NCBI RefSeq assembly: GCF_003428155.1
Contig: NZ_QLIR01000003.1
Span: 116,549 to 148,548, forward strand
Length of the DNA stretch: 32,000 nucleotides
Source: Fastidiosibacter lacustris
Lineage (GTDB): Bacteria > Pseudomonadota > Gammaproteobacteria > Francisellales > Francisellaceae
Direction of reading: 5' to 3'
Shown piece by piece: positions 19,119 to 28,596 of this stretch (position 1 is the stretch's first letter; every line of letters begins with the position of its first letter). The notes beneath the pieces are model-generated. The model was not told the DNA's origin, ran no database searches, and worked only from the letters and a program-made list of their open reading frames with translations. Made by a program: the position numbers and the translations under genes.

Positions 19119-19742
19119 TTATTGGAAAATAGTAGGATCACCACTGCCAGTTCGTAAGATTTTGGCTGGCATTTCAGTCATATCAACAACCGTTGTTGGT
19201 TCATATCCACAATAATCTGTTTCTAAAATATAATCGATTAGTTGCGCACTTGGCTCGTTAGCAAACTCTTCTGCATATATCAATACTTTATCTTGATTTG
19301 GCAATATAAACGTTGTACTTAATAGGGGTTCACCTAATGCCTCAGTAATTATAAGTGGAACAGAGTGATCTGGTATTCGAATGCCAATTGTTTTTTTACT
19401 TTTATTTAACATAAGTGCAGGCACTTTGCTGGTAGCTGGTAAAATAAAAGTATAACTACCTGGAGTAGCGCGCTTTAGTAATCTATAAACACTATTGTCT
19501 ACCTTTGCATAGTTAGAGATTTCTGATAAATCACGACAAATCAGAGTGAAGTTGTGTTTATCATCTAAGTTACGAATTTTTTTAATTTGCTGTAATGGTT
19601 TTTTTAACCCCATTTTGCAGCCTAAAGCATAGCCTGAGTCAGTTGGATAAGCAATAACTTTGCCTGATTGTAGGGCTTCCACGATCTCATTTAACAGCGC
19701 TTTATTTGATGAATAGGGATTTATTTCAATATATTGGCTCAT
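19119..19742 (-). CDS. yciO: YciO-family protein (YrdC/Sua5-fold, L-threonylcarbamoyladenylate synthase-like)
   Basis: VIAYPTDSGYALGCKMG...HNFTLICRDLSEISNYAKVDNSVYRLLKRATPGSYTFILPAT is close along its length to E. coli YciO as I recall it. 207 aa. Confidence 0.85.
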   Translation of the reverse strand: MSQYIEINPYSSNKALLNEIVEALQSGKVIAYPTDSGYALGCKMGLKKPLQQIKKIRNLDDKHNFTLICRDLSEISNYAKVDNSVYRLLKRATPGSYTFILPATSKVPALMLNKSKKTIGIRIPDHSVPLIITEALGEPLLSTTFILPNQDKVLIYAEEFANEPSAQLIDYILETDYCGYEPTTVVDMTEMPAKILRTGSGDPTIFQ

Positions 19743-19813
19743 GGCACAATCTTCATTTATACTGTAGCGCTAAAATTAAGTTCAGTGTACCATTAACCCA
19801 CTCTGGAGAGAAT

Positions 19814-20347
19814 ATGAAAAAACTGCTTTTTGATTTTTTCCCAATTATCATATTTTTTGTCATGTATAAAATTTATGATATCTATACAGCAACCATAGCA
19901 CTTATTATTGCTACAGCCATTCAATTGAGCTATGAAACTATTCGCTATAAAAAAGTTTCTATGATGCACGTTGTAACATTTATATTGGTATTAACCCTAG
20001 GTAGTGCTACTGTTTATTTTCATGATGAAACTTTAATCAAATGGAAAGTGACAATTGTAAATTGGCTATTTGGTATGATTTTTATTTTTTCAACCTACCT
20101 TATGCAAAAACCAATTATTCAACGATTAATGGAAGAAAATATTGAACTACCAGAAAAAATCTGGAAAAGACTCAATAACATTTGGGGAATATTTTTCTTA
20201 TTTTTAGGTACTGTTAATTTATTTGTTGCTTACACTTTCTCGACTGATATTTGGGTTGATTTTAAACTTTTTGGCATGCTTGGCATTACGCTTATATTTG
20301 TTATCGGCCAAGGAATTTTTCTGGCTAAGCATGTTGATCATAAATAA
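19814..20347 (+). CDS. yciB: Intracellular septation protein A / inner-membrane protein YciB
   Basis: MKKLLFDFFPIIIFFVMYKIYDIYTATIALIIATAIQ... is collinear with E. coli YciB. The true start is the ATG at 19814, preceded by GGAGAG. The track start at 19706 adds a non-homologous extension that overlaps yciO. Confidence 0.9.
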   Translation: MKKLLFDFFPIIIFFVMYKIYDIYTATIALIIATAIQLSYETIRYKKVSMMHVVTFILVLTLGSATVYFHDETLIKWKVTIVNWLFGMIFIFSTYLMQKPIIQRLMEENIELPEKIWKRLNNIWGIFFLFLGTVNLFVAYTFSTDIWVDFKLFGMLGITLIFVIGQGIFLAKHVDHK

Positions 20348-20359
20348 CATTTCACTAAT

Positions 20360-20380
20360 CCAAAAGACGCTTTTGGTTTG
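20360..20380 (+). terminator. Possible terminator hairpin after yciB
   Basis: CCAAAAG-acg-CTTTTGG followed by TTTGG. The stem is short and AT-rich, so this is weak. Confidence 0.35.
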
Positions 20381-20550
20381 GATTAAGGTTTCTTAATTAT
20401 ATGCTTCTTTATCTCCTGAAAATCAGTAGTATTTAATATTGTTTAAATGAGTGATAAATCTGTAATTTTTAACGGACTGTAACGATAAGTTGAGTTTTAG
20501 AACTTTCCATTAGACAAGCAAAAGCTATGTAATATTTATAAACATTCTTT

Positions 20551-21078
20551 TTAGTAAAAATACTCACCTTGAATCGGATTAGAGTAATGGACATGTGAAA
20601 ACTTCCAAACATCTCCTGGATTTGCGCCTCGCATATTATTTCTTTGTCTATAATACTTTTGTGGAACACGAATATCATCCAAATTGAATGTAAAAGCTGG
20701 AGATTTTGTAAACATTAGAATATCATCGTGCCTAGGAGAGAACACCTTTGTTTTACCGATTCCTTGAGTATAGTGCCATACTATCCATCCATGGAAGTGC
20801 AAGTTTAAGTCACGCTCCAAAATATTGTATAGATAAGATATAAAGCGAAATCCCATAAAGACATAAATGGTACCATGTGATTTTAATACACGACTCGCTT
20901 CTAAAAGGCATTCTTTAGAAAAATATAGATATTCTTCAAATGTTTTATTATCGATATTATTTTGATAATTTTTACCTAGATTATATGGTGGATCTGCAAT
21001 TATCAAATCAACAGAACTTGCCTCCATTTCTTTTAATTTCTGTACTGCATCACCTATTATTAGCTCCAAATTAATCAT
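20551..21078 (-). pseudogene. Truncated beta-class (N6-adenine/N4-cytosine, PF01555-like) DNA methyltransferase: N-terminal catalytic half only
   Basis: Catalytic motif IV, DLIIADPPYN, is present near the N-terminus. The ORF stops after ...GDVWKFSHVHYSNPIQGEYFY. The downstream AdoMet-binding half expected in this permuted class (HPTQKP...FxGSGTT) is absent in all three frames of 20381-20550. No restriction-enzyme-sized ORF is adjacent. Confidence 0.65.
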
Positions 21079-21377
21079 CTTTCTTAACCCAGCCTTTGCT
21101 CTCTGCGAGATGGTTATTCAAGTTGAAAGTATTTGCCATAACCTCGGCAACGGTACCTTTACGCACACCATTTGGATTAGATTTCAATTGATTCTTACCT
21201 GATTTAACTGTTGGAATTCATGCAGCGTACATCAATTTTCTTCGTCATTTTTGATTTGAAATTATAAAAAAATATGCTAGATGACAACACTACCCCTACA
21301 AACATAACTGTCTCACAGAGTTTGTTCATGTCAACATCAATTGAACGTTGACAAATGAAAAACAAAGTTCCTAAAAG

Positions 21378-22184
21378 CTACATGGAGTCAACACCAAGTA
21401 GTCCAAATATAATTAGCATTAAAACAAATATTGGAAAACTTGAGAATAAGCTATCCATTCTATCAAGAATTCCTCCATGTCCTGGTAGAATCGTGCCACT
21501 GTCTTTGACACCACATTCACGTTTAATCATACTTTCAAATAGGTCTCCCAATAGAGCAACTATTACAATTGCAAACGATAAGATGATTAAAATAGTTTGT
21601 TCAAAATGACTATGACTAATAACAAGTGCACAGATAACACCTGCTAAACCACCAAATACAAAACCTCCCACAAACCCTTCAACTGTTTTTTTAGGGCTAA
21701 TAATTGGCGCTAGTTTTTTCTTACCATATTGGCGACCAACAAAATAAGCACCACTATCAGCAAGTGTTACCACCAACATCATCAGCAACAGTAGAGCAGG
21801 CTTTTGCTGATGTAATAAGCTTAGTGATATCCACATTGGCACAATAACCAAAAAACCCATTGCATAACGTGCACCAGGTGAAATGGCTTTAAAAGGAATA
21901 TTAGGATAACGCAATACCAAATAGCAGGCAAAAAACCAGAATAAAAGTGAAATCAATAAAACCGTAAGCTGAGAATACCGTGATAGATAAATAAGCACCA
22001 AACTAATTGCTAAATAAATGATTTTTGTAGTGATTTTTTTTATATTTGCAAGAGCAGTCCACTCCCAAGCAGCAAACAACAAAACAACTGCTACTGCAAT
22101 ATCAAAAATTGTATTACTTAAGCAAAAAATCGCCCCTAAGACAATTAACCCAAGAATAACACCTGTAATAATCCGTTCCTTCAC
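21378..22184 (-). CDS. cdsA: Phosphatidate cytidylyltransferase (CDP-diglyceride synthase)
   Basis: 268-aa polytopic protein with the C-terminal CdsA signature SMIKRECGVKDSGTILPGHGGILDRMDS. It overlaps uppS by 4 nt. Confidence 0.92.
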   Translation of the reverse strand: MKERIITGVILGLIVLGAIFCLSNTIFDIAVAVVLLFAAWEWTALANIKKITTKIIYLAISLVLIYLSRYSQLTVLLISLLFWFFACYLVLRYPNIPFKAISPGARYAMGFLVIVPMWISLSLLHQQKPALLLLMMLVVTLADSGAYFVGRQYGKKKLAPIISPKKTVEGFVGGFVFGGLAGVICALVISHSHFEQTILIILSFAIVIVALLGDLFESMIKRECGVKDSGTILPGHGGILDRMDSLFSSFPIFVLMLIIFGLLGVDSM

Positions 22185-22918
22185 GTTTCACCTTTTACCT
22201 GCTCATCCGTTTTGCCAAAACGCCTTTTGCGTAGCTGATAATCATCTAATGCTCGCTGAAAATCTTTCTTTGTAAAATCTGGCCAATACTTTTGACAAAA
22301 ATATAATTCAGCATAAGATAACTGCCAAATCATAAAATTGCTTATCCTTAGCTCACCACTGGTACGAATTAAAAGATCAACAGGAGTTTGAATACTATCA
22401 ATTAAAAATTTTTCAAAGCACTCTTCTGAAAGTTGCTCAACATCACACTGATTACTTATTATTGCTTTTAGTAGTTTCTTTGTTGCTAATACAATTTCCC
22501 ATTGCCCACTATAATCAATCGCAACATTAAGAATTAGACCTGTATTTAACTTCGTTGCATGCTCTGCTTGTAAGATGTTAGCCAAAATATCTGATGCTAA
22601 GCGACTGCGATCACCAACAACACAAAGTTTAACATTGTTTTCCTGCATCATTGGTATCTCTTTTACCAAAACTTCAGAAAAAAGTTCCATAAGTGTTGCA
22701 ACTTCTTGTTTTGGACGTTGCCAATTCTCGCGCCCAAACGCAAACAATGTTAAGATTTCAATATTTTTTTCTACAGCAAACTCAATTGCTGAACGCACAT
22801 TCTTAATTGCAGCTTTATGCCCTGAAGTACGCGGAAAAAAGTGCTTTTTTGCCCAGCGTCCATTACCATCCATAATAACAGCAACATGCTTAGGCAAACT
22901 CTGACTTGAGATATTCAA
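22181..22918 (-). CDS. uppS: Ditrans,polycis-undecaprenyl-diphosphate synthase
   Basis: HVAVIMDGNGRWAKK, TLFAFGRENWQRP and RTSGELRISNFMIWQLSYAELYF are classical UppS motifs. Confidence 0.95.
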   Translation of the reverse strand: MNISSQSLPKHVAVIMDGNGRWAKKHFFPRTSGHKAAIKNVRSAIEFAVEKNIEILTLFAFGRENWQRPKQEVATLMELFSEVLVKEIPMMQENNVKLCVVGDRSRLASDILANILQAEHATKLNTGLILNVAIDYSGQWEIVLATKKLLKAIISNQCDVEQLSEECFEKFLIDSIQTPVDLLIRTSGELRISNFMIWQLSYAELYFCQKYWPDFTKKDFQRALDDYQLRKRRFGKTDEQVKGET

Positions 22919-22921
22919 AAG

Positions 22922-23479
22922 TTACATTTCCATTAAGTCTTGTTCTTTCTCTTGAACGATGACATCGGCTTTAGCAATCATATCATTTGTTAGTTTTTGA
23001 ATACTGTCTTCCGCCTTTTTAGCATCATCTTCGGAAATTTCTTTCTCTTTGAGTAAATCTTTAATATCTGAATTCGCGTCACGACGAATGTTACGAATAG
23101 CAACACGTCCTTTTTCTGCTTCTGTCCGTACCAATTTTACAAGCTCCTTACGACGTTCCTCATTCAATGCAGGCATTGGGATGCGTAAACTATCACCTAA
23201 ATTAGCAGGATTTAATCCTAGATCCGACATCAAAATAGCTTTTTCAATTTTTGCGGTAAGCCCTTTCTCCCAAGGTGTAATACCTAAGGTTCTCGCATCT
23301 AATACTGTAATATTTGCTGCTTGAGAAATTGGTGTTTCTACCCCATAGTAATCAATAATTATATGCGCTAATAAGTCTGGATGCGCTCGCCCTGTTCTGA
23401 TCTTTGCCAAGTCGTGACGTAAATTTTCTAAGCTTTTTTCCATACGATCTTTAGCATCTAATAAAATTTCTTTGATCAT
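22922..23479 (-). CDS. frr: Ribosome recycling factor
   Basis: 185 aa; [30 protein letters not shown] and IRNIRRDAN. Confidence 0.97.
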   Translation of the reverse strand: MIKEILLDAKDRMEKSLENLRHDLAKIRTGRAHPDLLAHIIIDYYGVETPISQAANITVLDARTLGITPWEKGLTAKIEKAILMSDLGLNPANLGDSLRIPMPALNEERRKELVKLVRTEAEKGRVAIRNIRRDANSDIKDLLKEKEISEDDAKKAEDSIQKLTNDMIAKADVIVQEKEQDLMEM

Positions 23480-23488
23480 TTTTTTCTC

Positions 23489-24205
23489 CTAATTTCTAAC
23501 CCAAGTACCTTCTTGCTCATTATTTAATACTCGCATAAGTGCACCTGAATTATTTAAATTAAAAACACAAATTGGAATGTTAAAATCTCGTGCTTGGATA
23601 AATGCACCAAGGTCCATTACTGCAAGTTCTTTGCGTAAAACATCTGCAAAGCTAAGTACATCAAATTTCTTAGCATTATCATGCTCCTTTGGATCTTTGT
23701 CATAAACACCATCAACTGTCGTTATCTTCAAAATTGCATCTGCTTGTATCTCTGCCGCACGTAAGCTTGCCGTACTGTCTGTTGTTACAAATGGATTGCC
23801 TGTTCCTCCTGCAAAAATTACGACCTTCCCTGTATTTAAATAAGATTTTGCAAGCTTAGGACAAGATGTTTGGATAACACCATCTATACCTTTTGATGAG
23901 AGTACTTCATTGTCAATACCATTCGATGTCAAAATATCCGACAGCGCCAGTGCGTTAATCATCGTCGCAAGCATCCCCATTGTATCAGCTGTACTGCGTT
24001 CAATTTGATCTCCAAATTGTGCTTTACTACCTCTTAGAATATTGCCTGCGCCGATGACTATTGCCAATTGCACACCCATTACTTGTGCTCGTTTAATGTC
24101 ATGAATAATCTCTTTCACGGCTTCAACTTGAATACCAAAACCATTTATTGATAAAGATTCTCCACTTAATTTGATTAAAACACGTTTAAAACTTGGGTGT
24201 GACAT
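23489..24205 (-). CDS. pyrH: UMP kinase
   Basis: 238 aa; RVLIKLSGESL, VIGAGNILRG, VIFAGGTGNPFVTTDSTASLRAAEI. Confidence 0.97.
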   Translation of the reverse strand: MSHPSFKRVLIKLSGESLSINGFGIQVEAVKEIIHDIKRAQVMGVQLAIVIGAGNILRGSKAQFGDQIERSTADTMGMLATMINALALSDILTSNGIDNEVLSSKGIDGVIQTSCPKLAKSYLNTGKVVIFAGGTGNPFVTTDSTASLRAAEIQADAILKITTVDGVYDKDPKEHDNAKKFDVLSFADVLRKELAVMDLGAFIQARDFNIPICVFNLNNSGALMRVLNNEQEGTWVRN

Positions 24206-24211
24206 ATTTAT

Positions 24212-25081
24212 TTAGGCCCCCTGAACTTGACTCATAACTTCAGCAGCAAAATTCGTTTCCTCTTTTTCAATGCCTTCACCAACACCAAAACGAATAAACT
24301 CAGTTACTATCGCATTATTTGCTTTCAAGAGTTGCTCAACTTTTTGATCAGGATTCTTCACAAATGGCTGACCAGCCAAGCTTTGCTCATCCAAAAACTT
24401 ACGAATACGCCCAGTAATCATTTTTTCAATAATATCATCTGGTTTACCACTTTCACGTGCTTGGGCAATAAAAATCTCTTTTTCTTTCTCAACCAAATCA
24501 GCTGGCACTTGATTTTGAGATACAACAAGTGGATTAGAAGCTGCAATATGCATTGCAACGTCTTTTGCCAGTTCTTCGTTACCACCTTTCATAGCAAGGA
24601 TGACACCGATTCGACCACCATGACTGTATACACCTAAAGTTTCTCCTTCCAAGTTGTCGACACGGCGTACGTTAATATTCTCTCCAATTTTTGCAATCAA
24701 TGCTTTACGGGTATCTTCAATTGTCTCACCATTTGTGAGTCGTAAAGCTAATACTTCTTCAAGTGTGTTTGCATTTGAAGCTGCAACTGCATTGACAACT
24801 TTATCCGCAAACCCTTTAAAATTTTCATCACGCGCAACGAAATCTGTTTCTGAATTGATTTCAATAATAACTGCTTTATTGGCAGACTTTGCCATTACAA
24901 CAACACCTTCTGCTGCTATACGCGAAGCTTTTTTATCTGCTTTTGCTTGACCTGATTTACGCATTTCTTCGATGGCCTTTTCAATATCACCACCTGTTTG
25001 TGTCAACGCTTTTTTACACTCCATCATACCAGCGCCTGTGCGCTCACGAAGCTCTTTTACTAATTGTGCGCTAATTGTCAT
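24212..25081 (-). CDS. tsf: Translation elongation factor Ts
   Basis: 289 aa; the N-terminal UBA-like [20 protein letters not shown] is invariant EF-Ts sequence. Confidence 0.97.
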   Translation of the reverse strand: MTISAQLVKELRERTGAGMMECKKALTQTGGDIEKAIEEMRKSGQAKADKKASRIAAEGVVVMAKSANKAVIIEINSETDFVARDENFKGFADKVVNAVAASNANTLEEVLALRLTNGETIEDTRKALIAKIGENINVRRVDNLEGETLGVYSHGGRIGVILAMKGGNEELAKDVAMHIAASNPLVVSQNQVPADLVEKEKEIFIAQARESGKPDDIIEKMITGRIRKFLDEQSLAGQPFVKNPDQKVEQLLKANNAIVTEFIRFGVGEGIEKEETNFAAEVMSQVQGA

Positions 25082-25113
25082 TATAAAATTCCTTCCGCCT
25101 TATAAAATTTTAA

Positions 25114-25839
25114 TTAGACTTCTTCTTCAGAAAGATCTACTGTTTTTTCTTCTGTTATTTGAGCACCTTTTCTTGCATCAATAATTGCATCAGCAAAATG
25201 ACTCAAATAAAAATGAATTGCTTTTACCGCATCATCATTGCCTGGGATAATATAGTCAATATCATCCGGGCTTGAGTTTGTATCCACAACAGCAATAACG
25301 GGGATCCCCAATCGCTTAGCTTCTTCAATTGCAATGTGTTCTTCTTTACTATCAATCACAACTAATAAATCAGGCAAGCCACCCATGTCTTTAATGCCAC
25401 CTAGCGCTTTTTCAAGTTTCTCGATTTCACGTTCATTATGCAGTGCTTCTTTCTTAGTCATTCGATCGAAAACACCTTCTTCTTGCATTTTCTCAAGGTC
25501 ACGTAAACGCTTAATAGATTGACGAATTGTTTTATAGTTGGTCAACATACCTCCTAACCAGCGATGGTTAACATATGGCATCCCACAACGCGAAGCTTCT
25601 TTAGAAACAATTTCCTGTGCTTGACGTTTTGTACCAACAAATAAAATCTTGCCATTTTTTGCAGCACTCTTACTTACAAAATTCACTGCATCTTGAAATA
25701 ATGGAACAGTTTTTTCCAAATTAATGATATGGATTCCATGATTAATGCCAAAGATATATTGGTTCATTTTTGGATTCCAGAACTTTTTTTGGTGACCATA
25801 ATGCACACCAGCTTGTAGCATTTCTTTCATTAAAGACAT
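25114..25839 (-). CDS. rpsB: 30S ribosomal protein S2
   Basis: 241 aa; [39 protein letters not shown]. Confidence 0.97.
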   Translation of the reverse strand: MSLMKEMLQAGVHYGHQKKFWNPKMNQYIFGINHGIHIINLEKTVPLFQDAVNFVSKSAAKNGKILFVGTKRQAQEIVSKEASRCGMPYVNHRWLGGMLTNYKTIRQSIKRLRDLEKMQEEGVFDRMTKKEALHNEREIEKLEKALGGIKDMGGLPDLLVVIDSKEEHIAIEEAKRLGIPVIAVVDTNSSPDDIDYIIPGNDDAVKAIHFYLSHFADAIIDARKGAQITEEKTVDLSEEEV

Positions 25840-25950
25840 TTATATATTCTCCAAGTATGGGTTATTCCGCCATCACTCCCACTTTCAAACCTGATAAAGG
25901 CACCCTAAAAGTGTGTCGAGCGACGTGTGTTTTATTGTTTAACGTTATGC
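25840..25950 (-). promoter_or_regulatory. Candidate structured 5' leader of rpsB-tsf (S2 autoregulatory leader?)
   Basis: The stretch 25855-25935 is locally GC-richer within a 324-nt AT-rich intergenic region. The minus-strand RNA ...UAGGGUGCCUUUAUCAGGUUUGAAAGUGGGAGUGAUGGCGGAAUAACCCAUACUUGGAGAAUAUAUAAAUG allows GCCU/AGGU and GGGU/ACCC pairings. The position matches the S2-controlled leader known in gammaproteobacteria. I have not folded it or scanned it with a covariance model. Confidence 0.3.
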
Positions 25951-26163
25951 TTTTTGCTAATGACAGATATAGATAATTTATAATTGCCATGCAAAAGCGA
26001 GCGGATTTTAACATAAATCGACATCAGCTGCTAGATTGAATTAATCTTTAGTTGCAAGAAAATCTGTACAAACAATCTCGGTCATTTACCTTTTATGATG
26101 GTGTAAAATCATGTAATGTTAAACTACCAACATAGGAATTTTAAAAACTAGGAATTTCTTTAG

Positions 26164-27378
26164 ATGACAAATAATTCACTGGTAAAACAACTTGGTTGCA
26201 CGATGATTGTAACAGGTACTGAAATTGGGGCAGGCATTTTAGCATTACCAATTATTACTGCAAAATTTGGCTTCCTTGTAAGTAGTGTTGTTATGCTTAT
26301 TGCATGGTGTATTATGACTTATACAGCACTTCTACTTGCTGATATTTCTCTTTCTATGCCAAAAGGCGCAAGCTTTGCTTCTATTGCAAAGCACGCTTTG
26401 GGACTGCCTGGCGTTGTCGTGACATGGATATCATTTTTATTGCTTATGTATTGTATTAGTATTGCTTATATCTCTGGGGCTTCTTCTGCCTTTCATGCAC
26501 TTTTACCAAACATTTCACAAAACGCATGGGCACTTATTTTTGTTGTTATATTTGGTACAATTGTTGTAATTGGTACTTCTGCTGTAGATATCATTAATCG
26601 TGTATTATTAACTACAAAACTCGTTTTTTTATTACTGGTATGCATCACCTTCCTACATTATATTGAAATCAGAAATTTACTCGTTTCTCCAATTGACCTC
26701 ACCCCTACTCTATTTATTGCCATTCCTATTATCATTACTTCTTTTACCTCCCATATCATCATACCAACACTTACTGAATATCTTGATAAAGATGTCAAAG
26801 CACTCTTTAGAGTGATTTTTATCGGTAGTATTATTCCTTTGTTTTTATATTTCCTATGGCTTATTTCTGTGCTTGGCGTATTACCACTCCATGGCTCAGT
26901 CAGCTTTATGAGTTCTATTTTTGATCATGTTAGCATTAGCTCTGCTAACGTTGGTGATGTGTTAAATGCCTTAAAAGAAAAAATCACAAACTCATCTGCC
27001 AACATCAGCATGAATATATTTACGGATATTTCTGTCATAACATCTTATCTTGGGGTGAGTCTTGCTCTTTATCACTTTAATGTAGATAGCTATCGTTTAA
27101 ACCGCTTACCTACTCAGTTTAAACTTTTAACAGCAGTCATCTTGACCTTCATCATACCGTTACTTGTCAACTTACTCGATCCAAACTTATTTATTAGTGC
27201 TATTGGTTATGTTGGGGTGTTTATTGCTGTACTTTTGTTAATGATGCCTGCTGTTATTGCTTTTAAGCTCACTCAATCAGGGTACCATTTTCATTACAAA
27301 ATCAGCCAGTTTCGTTTCTTGTGGATTGCCTCTTTTCTAGTAGGAATTGCCATCATTGTGATCCATTTTTCTATTTAG
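26164..27378 (+). CDS. Aromatic amino acid permease of the HAAAP family (TyrP/Mtr/TnaB-like)
   Basis: 404 aa, about 11 predicted TM helices. The N-terminal GCTMIVTGTEIGAGILALPIITAKFGF is the Trp/Tyr permease family signature. Confidence 0.8.
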   Translation: MTNNSLVKQLGCTMIVTGTEIGAGILALPIITAKFGFLVSSVVMLIAWCIMTYTALLLADISLSMPKGASFASIAKHALGLPGVVVTWISFLLLMYCISIAYISGASSAFHALLPNISQNAWALIFVVIFGTIVVIGTSAVDIINRVLLTTKLVFLLLVCITFLHYIEIRNLLVSPIDLTPTLFIAIPIIITSFTSHIIIPTLTEYLDKDVKALFRVIFIGSIIPLFLYFLWLISVLGVLPLHGSVSFMSSIFDHVSISSANVGDVLNALKEKITNSSANISMNIFTDISVITSYLGVSLALYHFNVDSYRLNRLPTQFKLLTAVILTFIIPLLVNLLDPNLFISAIGYVGVFIAVLLLMMPAVIAFKLTQSGYHFHYKISQFRFLWIASFLVGIAIIVIHFSI

Positions 27379-27520
27379 TTTTGTGTTCAGATTTTAAACT
27401 AAATTGAAAATTTACCTTCTTCTAATTGTATTTATCAAAGTTTTTGATCTGGATATGATTGAGTTTTTGAAAATTTCTTCTAACATACCTCCTACTTCAT
27501 CACAATATTTAATAATACAT

Positions 27521-28264
27521 ATGAGAGTTGCTCGTATCTTTTGCCCTGAAGTTGTAATGCATAGTAATACTTTTTCACTATCAACAGAGCTCAGTCATTA
27601 CCTTATTAAAGTATTACGCCATAAAGTTAAGCATAAAGTCATCTTATTCAATAATGACGATGGTTATGAATACCTTGCTGAAATTTGTGATGCTAACCCT
27701 AAAAGTGTTACTGTCAATATTTCAACCAAATATTTAATTGAGAGAGAATCCATACTTGATATACATCTTTTTCAATCACTGTCAAAAGGTGATAAGCTAG
27801 AAACTGTTATTCAAAAAGCTACTGAGCTTGGAGTTAAGCACATAACGCCCATTATCACCCAACGTGTTGACTACAAACTCTCGCTTGAACGCATAAACAC
27901 TAAACTTGAACACTGGCAAAAAATTGCCATTAGTGCAAGCGAGCAATCAGGTCGTGTTTTTATTCCAAAAATAAATCCCCCTATTATCTTTTCGCAAGCA
28001 CTAAATCTTACAGTAGAGCTTAAGCTTTTGTTATCGCCTTATGCAATACATCATGTCCAAGCCTTAAAACAACAATATCCTAAAGTCAGTCAGTTTAATA
28101 TTTATATTGGTCCTGAAGGCGGTTTTAGCGAAGATGAACTAAAATTAGCCTCCCATCATGACTGCCAAAGCATTGCTTTAGGTCAAAGGATTTTAAGAAC
28201 AGAAACCGCTCCGATTGCAACTATCGCCATTTTACAAGCACTATGGGGGGATTTTAATAAATAA
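27521..28264 (+). CDS. rsmE: 16S rRNA (uracil1498-N3)-methyltransferase RsmE
   Basis: MRVARIFCPE... start (ATG 27521), LFQSLSKGDKLETVIQKATELGV, the SPOUT C-terminus YIGPEGGFSEDE and LGQRILRTETAPI. The track start at 27404 adds 39 non-homologous residues. Confidence 0.85.
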   Translation: MRVARIFCPEVVMHSNTFSLSTELSHYLIKVLRHKVKHKVILFNNDDGYEYLAEICDANPKSVTVNISTKYLIERESILDIHLFQSLSKGDKLETVIQKATELGVKHITPIITQRVDYKLSLERINTKLEHWQKIAISASEQSGRVFIPKINPPIIFSQALNLTVELKLLLSPYAIHHVQALKQQYPKVSQFNIYIGPEGGFSEDELKLASHHDCQSIALGQRILRTETAPIATIAILQALWGDFNK

Positions 28265-28286
28265 AAAAGGCGCCAATGGCGCCCGT
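28262..28286 (-). terminator. Rho-independent terminator of rplU-rpmA (possibly bidirectional, shared with rsmE)
   Basis: Minus-strand reading is GGCGCC-ATT-GGCGCC followed by TTTTTT. The GC-only stem (28269-28283) stands out in AT-rich DNA and lies between the convergent rsmE and rpmA stops. Confidence 0.75.
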
Positions 28287-28309
28287 TATTGAATAAGACA
28301 AATGTTCAA

Positions 28310-28579
28310 TTAAACATTGGTTGCCTTTTCTTCAATTGAAATATATTGACGTTTTAACTCACCACCAACGTGGAACTTGACAATACCATCCGCTATTGCA
28401 AATAAAGTGTGATCACGACCACAACCAACGTTTACACCTGGATGAAATTTTGTTCCGCGCTGACGAACAATAATCGTACCTGCTTTAACAAACTCGCCAC
28501 CATAACGCTTAACACCTAGGTACTTAGGATTCGAATCGCGACCATTACGAGTACTACCGCCTGCTTTCTTATGAGCCAT
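28310..28579 (-). CDS. rpmA: 50S ribosomal protein L27
   Basis: [29 protein letters not shown]...[10 protein letters not shown] is invariant L27 sequence. Confidence 0.97.
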   Translation of the reverse strand: MAHKKAGGSTRNGRDSNPKYLGVKRYGGEFVKAGTIIVRQRGTKFHPGVNVGCGRDHTLFAIADGIVKFHVGGELKRQYISIEEKATNV

Positions 28580-28596
28580 GTTTTATACTCCTTAAA

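Noticed and set aside
19706-19813. N-terminal extensions proposed by the ORF track for yciB (19706), rsmE (27404), the FAH gene (12663) and tldD (19144).
   Set aside because: The extensions are non-homologous to the respective families and overlap the neighbouring gene or its promoter. Internal ATGs reproduce the conserved family N-termini: MKKLLFDFFP, MRVARIF, MRSVAF, MQQDYY.
20469-20678. 69-aa ORF overlapping the 3' end of the methyltransferase fragment, considered as the missing, frameshifted C-terminal half of the methyltransferase.
   Set aside because: Its translation (…ITLIRFKVSIFTKKNVYKYYIAFACLMESSK…) shows no HPTQKP or FxGSG motif. The other frames are likewise negative, so the C-terminal half appears deleted rather than frameshifted.
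21330-21354. Hairpin TGTCAAC-atcaattgaac-GTTGACA just downstream of cdsA, considered as a terminator.
   Set aside because: It has a 7-bp stem with a large loop and no T-tract on the transcribed (minus) strand. That is too weak to annotate.
24227-24637. 136-aa ORF antisense to tsf. Similar antisense ORFs occur elsewhere in the track, for example 22575-22904 and 22018-22275 (opposite uppS/cdsA), 23049-23324 (frr), 24654-25184 (tsf), 13129-14189 (pnp), 2819-3163 (permease), 6803-7000 and 8549-8737 (gdh), 18216-18425 (tldD) and 28603-28948 (rplU).
   Set aside because: Each lies entirely opposite a strongly supported conserved gene. Their compositions are low-complexity and unlike real proteins, with no recognisable motifs. 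They are typical shadow ORFs.
26133-26157. Direct repeat TAGGAATTT x2 and a TGTAAA-N6 string upstream of the TyrP-like permease, a possible TyrR box or regulator site.
   Set aside because: The second repeat copy simply contains the AGGA Shine-Dalgarno 10 nt before the ATG. The TGTAAA half-site lacks the matching TTTACA partner. Evidence is insufficient.
28527-28537. GGATTCGAATC, a tRNA T-arm-like string.
   Set aside because: It lies inside the rpmA coding frame (encoding part of ...RDSNPKYL...), and no acceptor, D or anticodon arms can be built around it. I found no tRNA-like cloverleaf elsewhere in the window.
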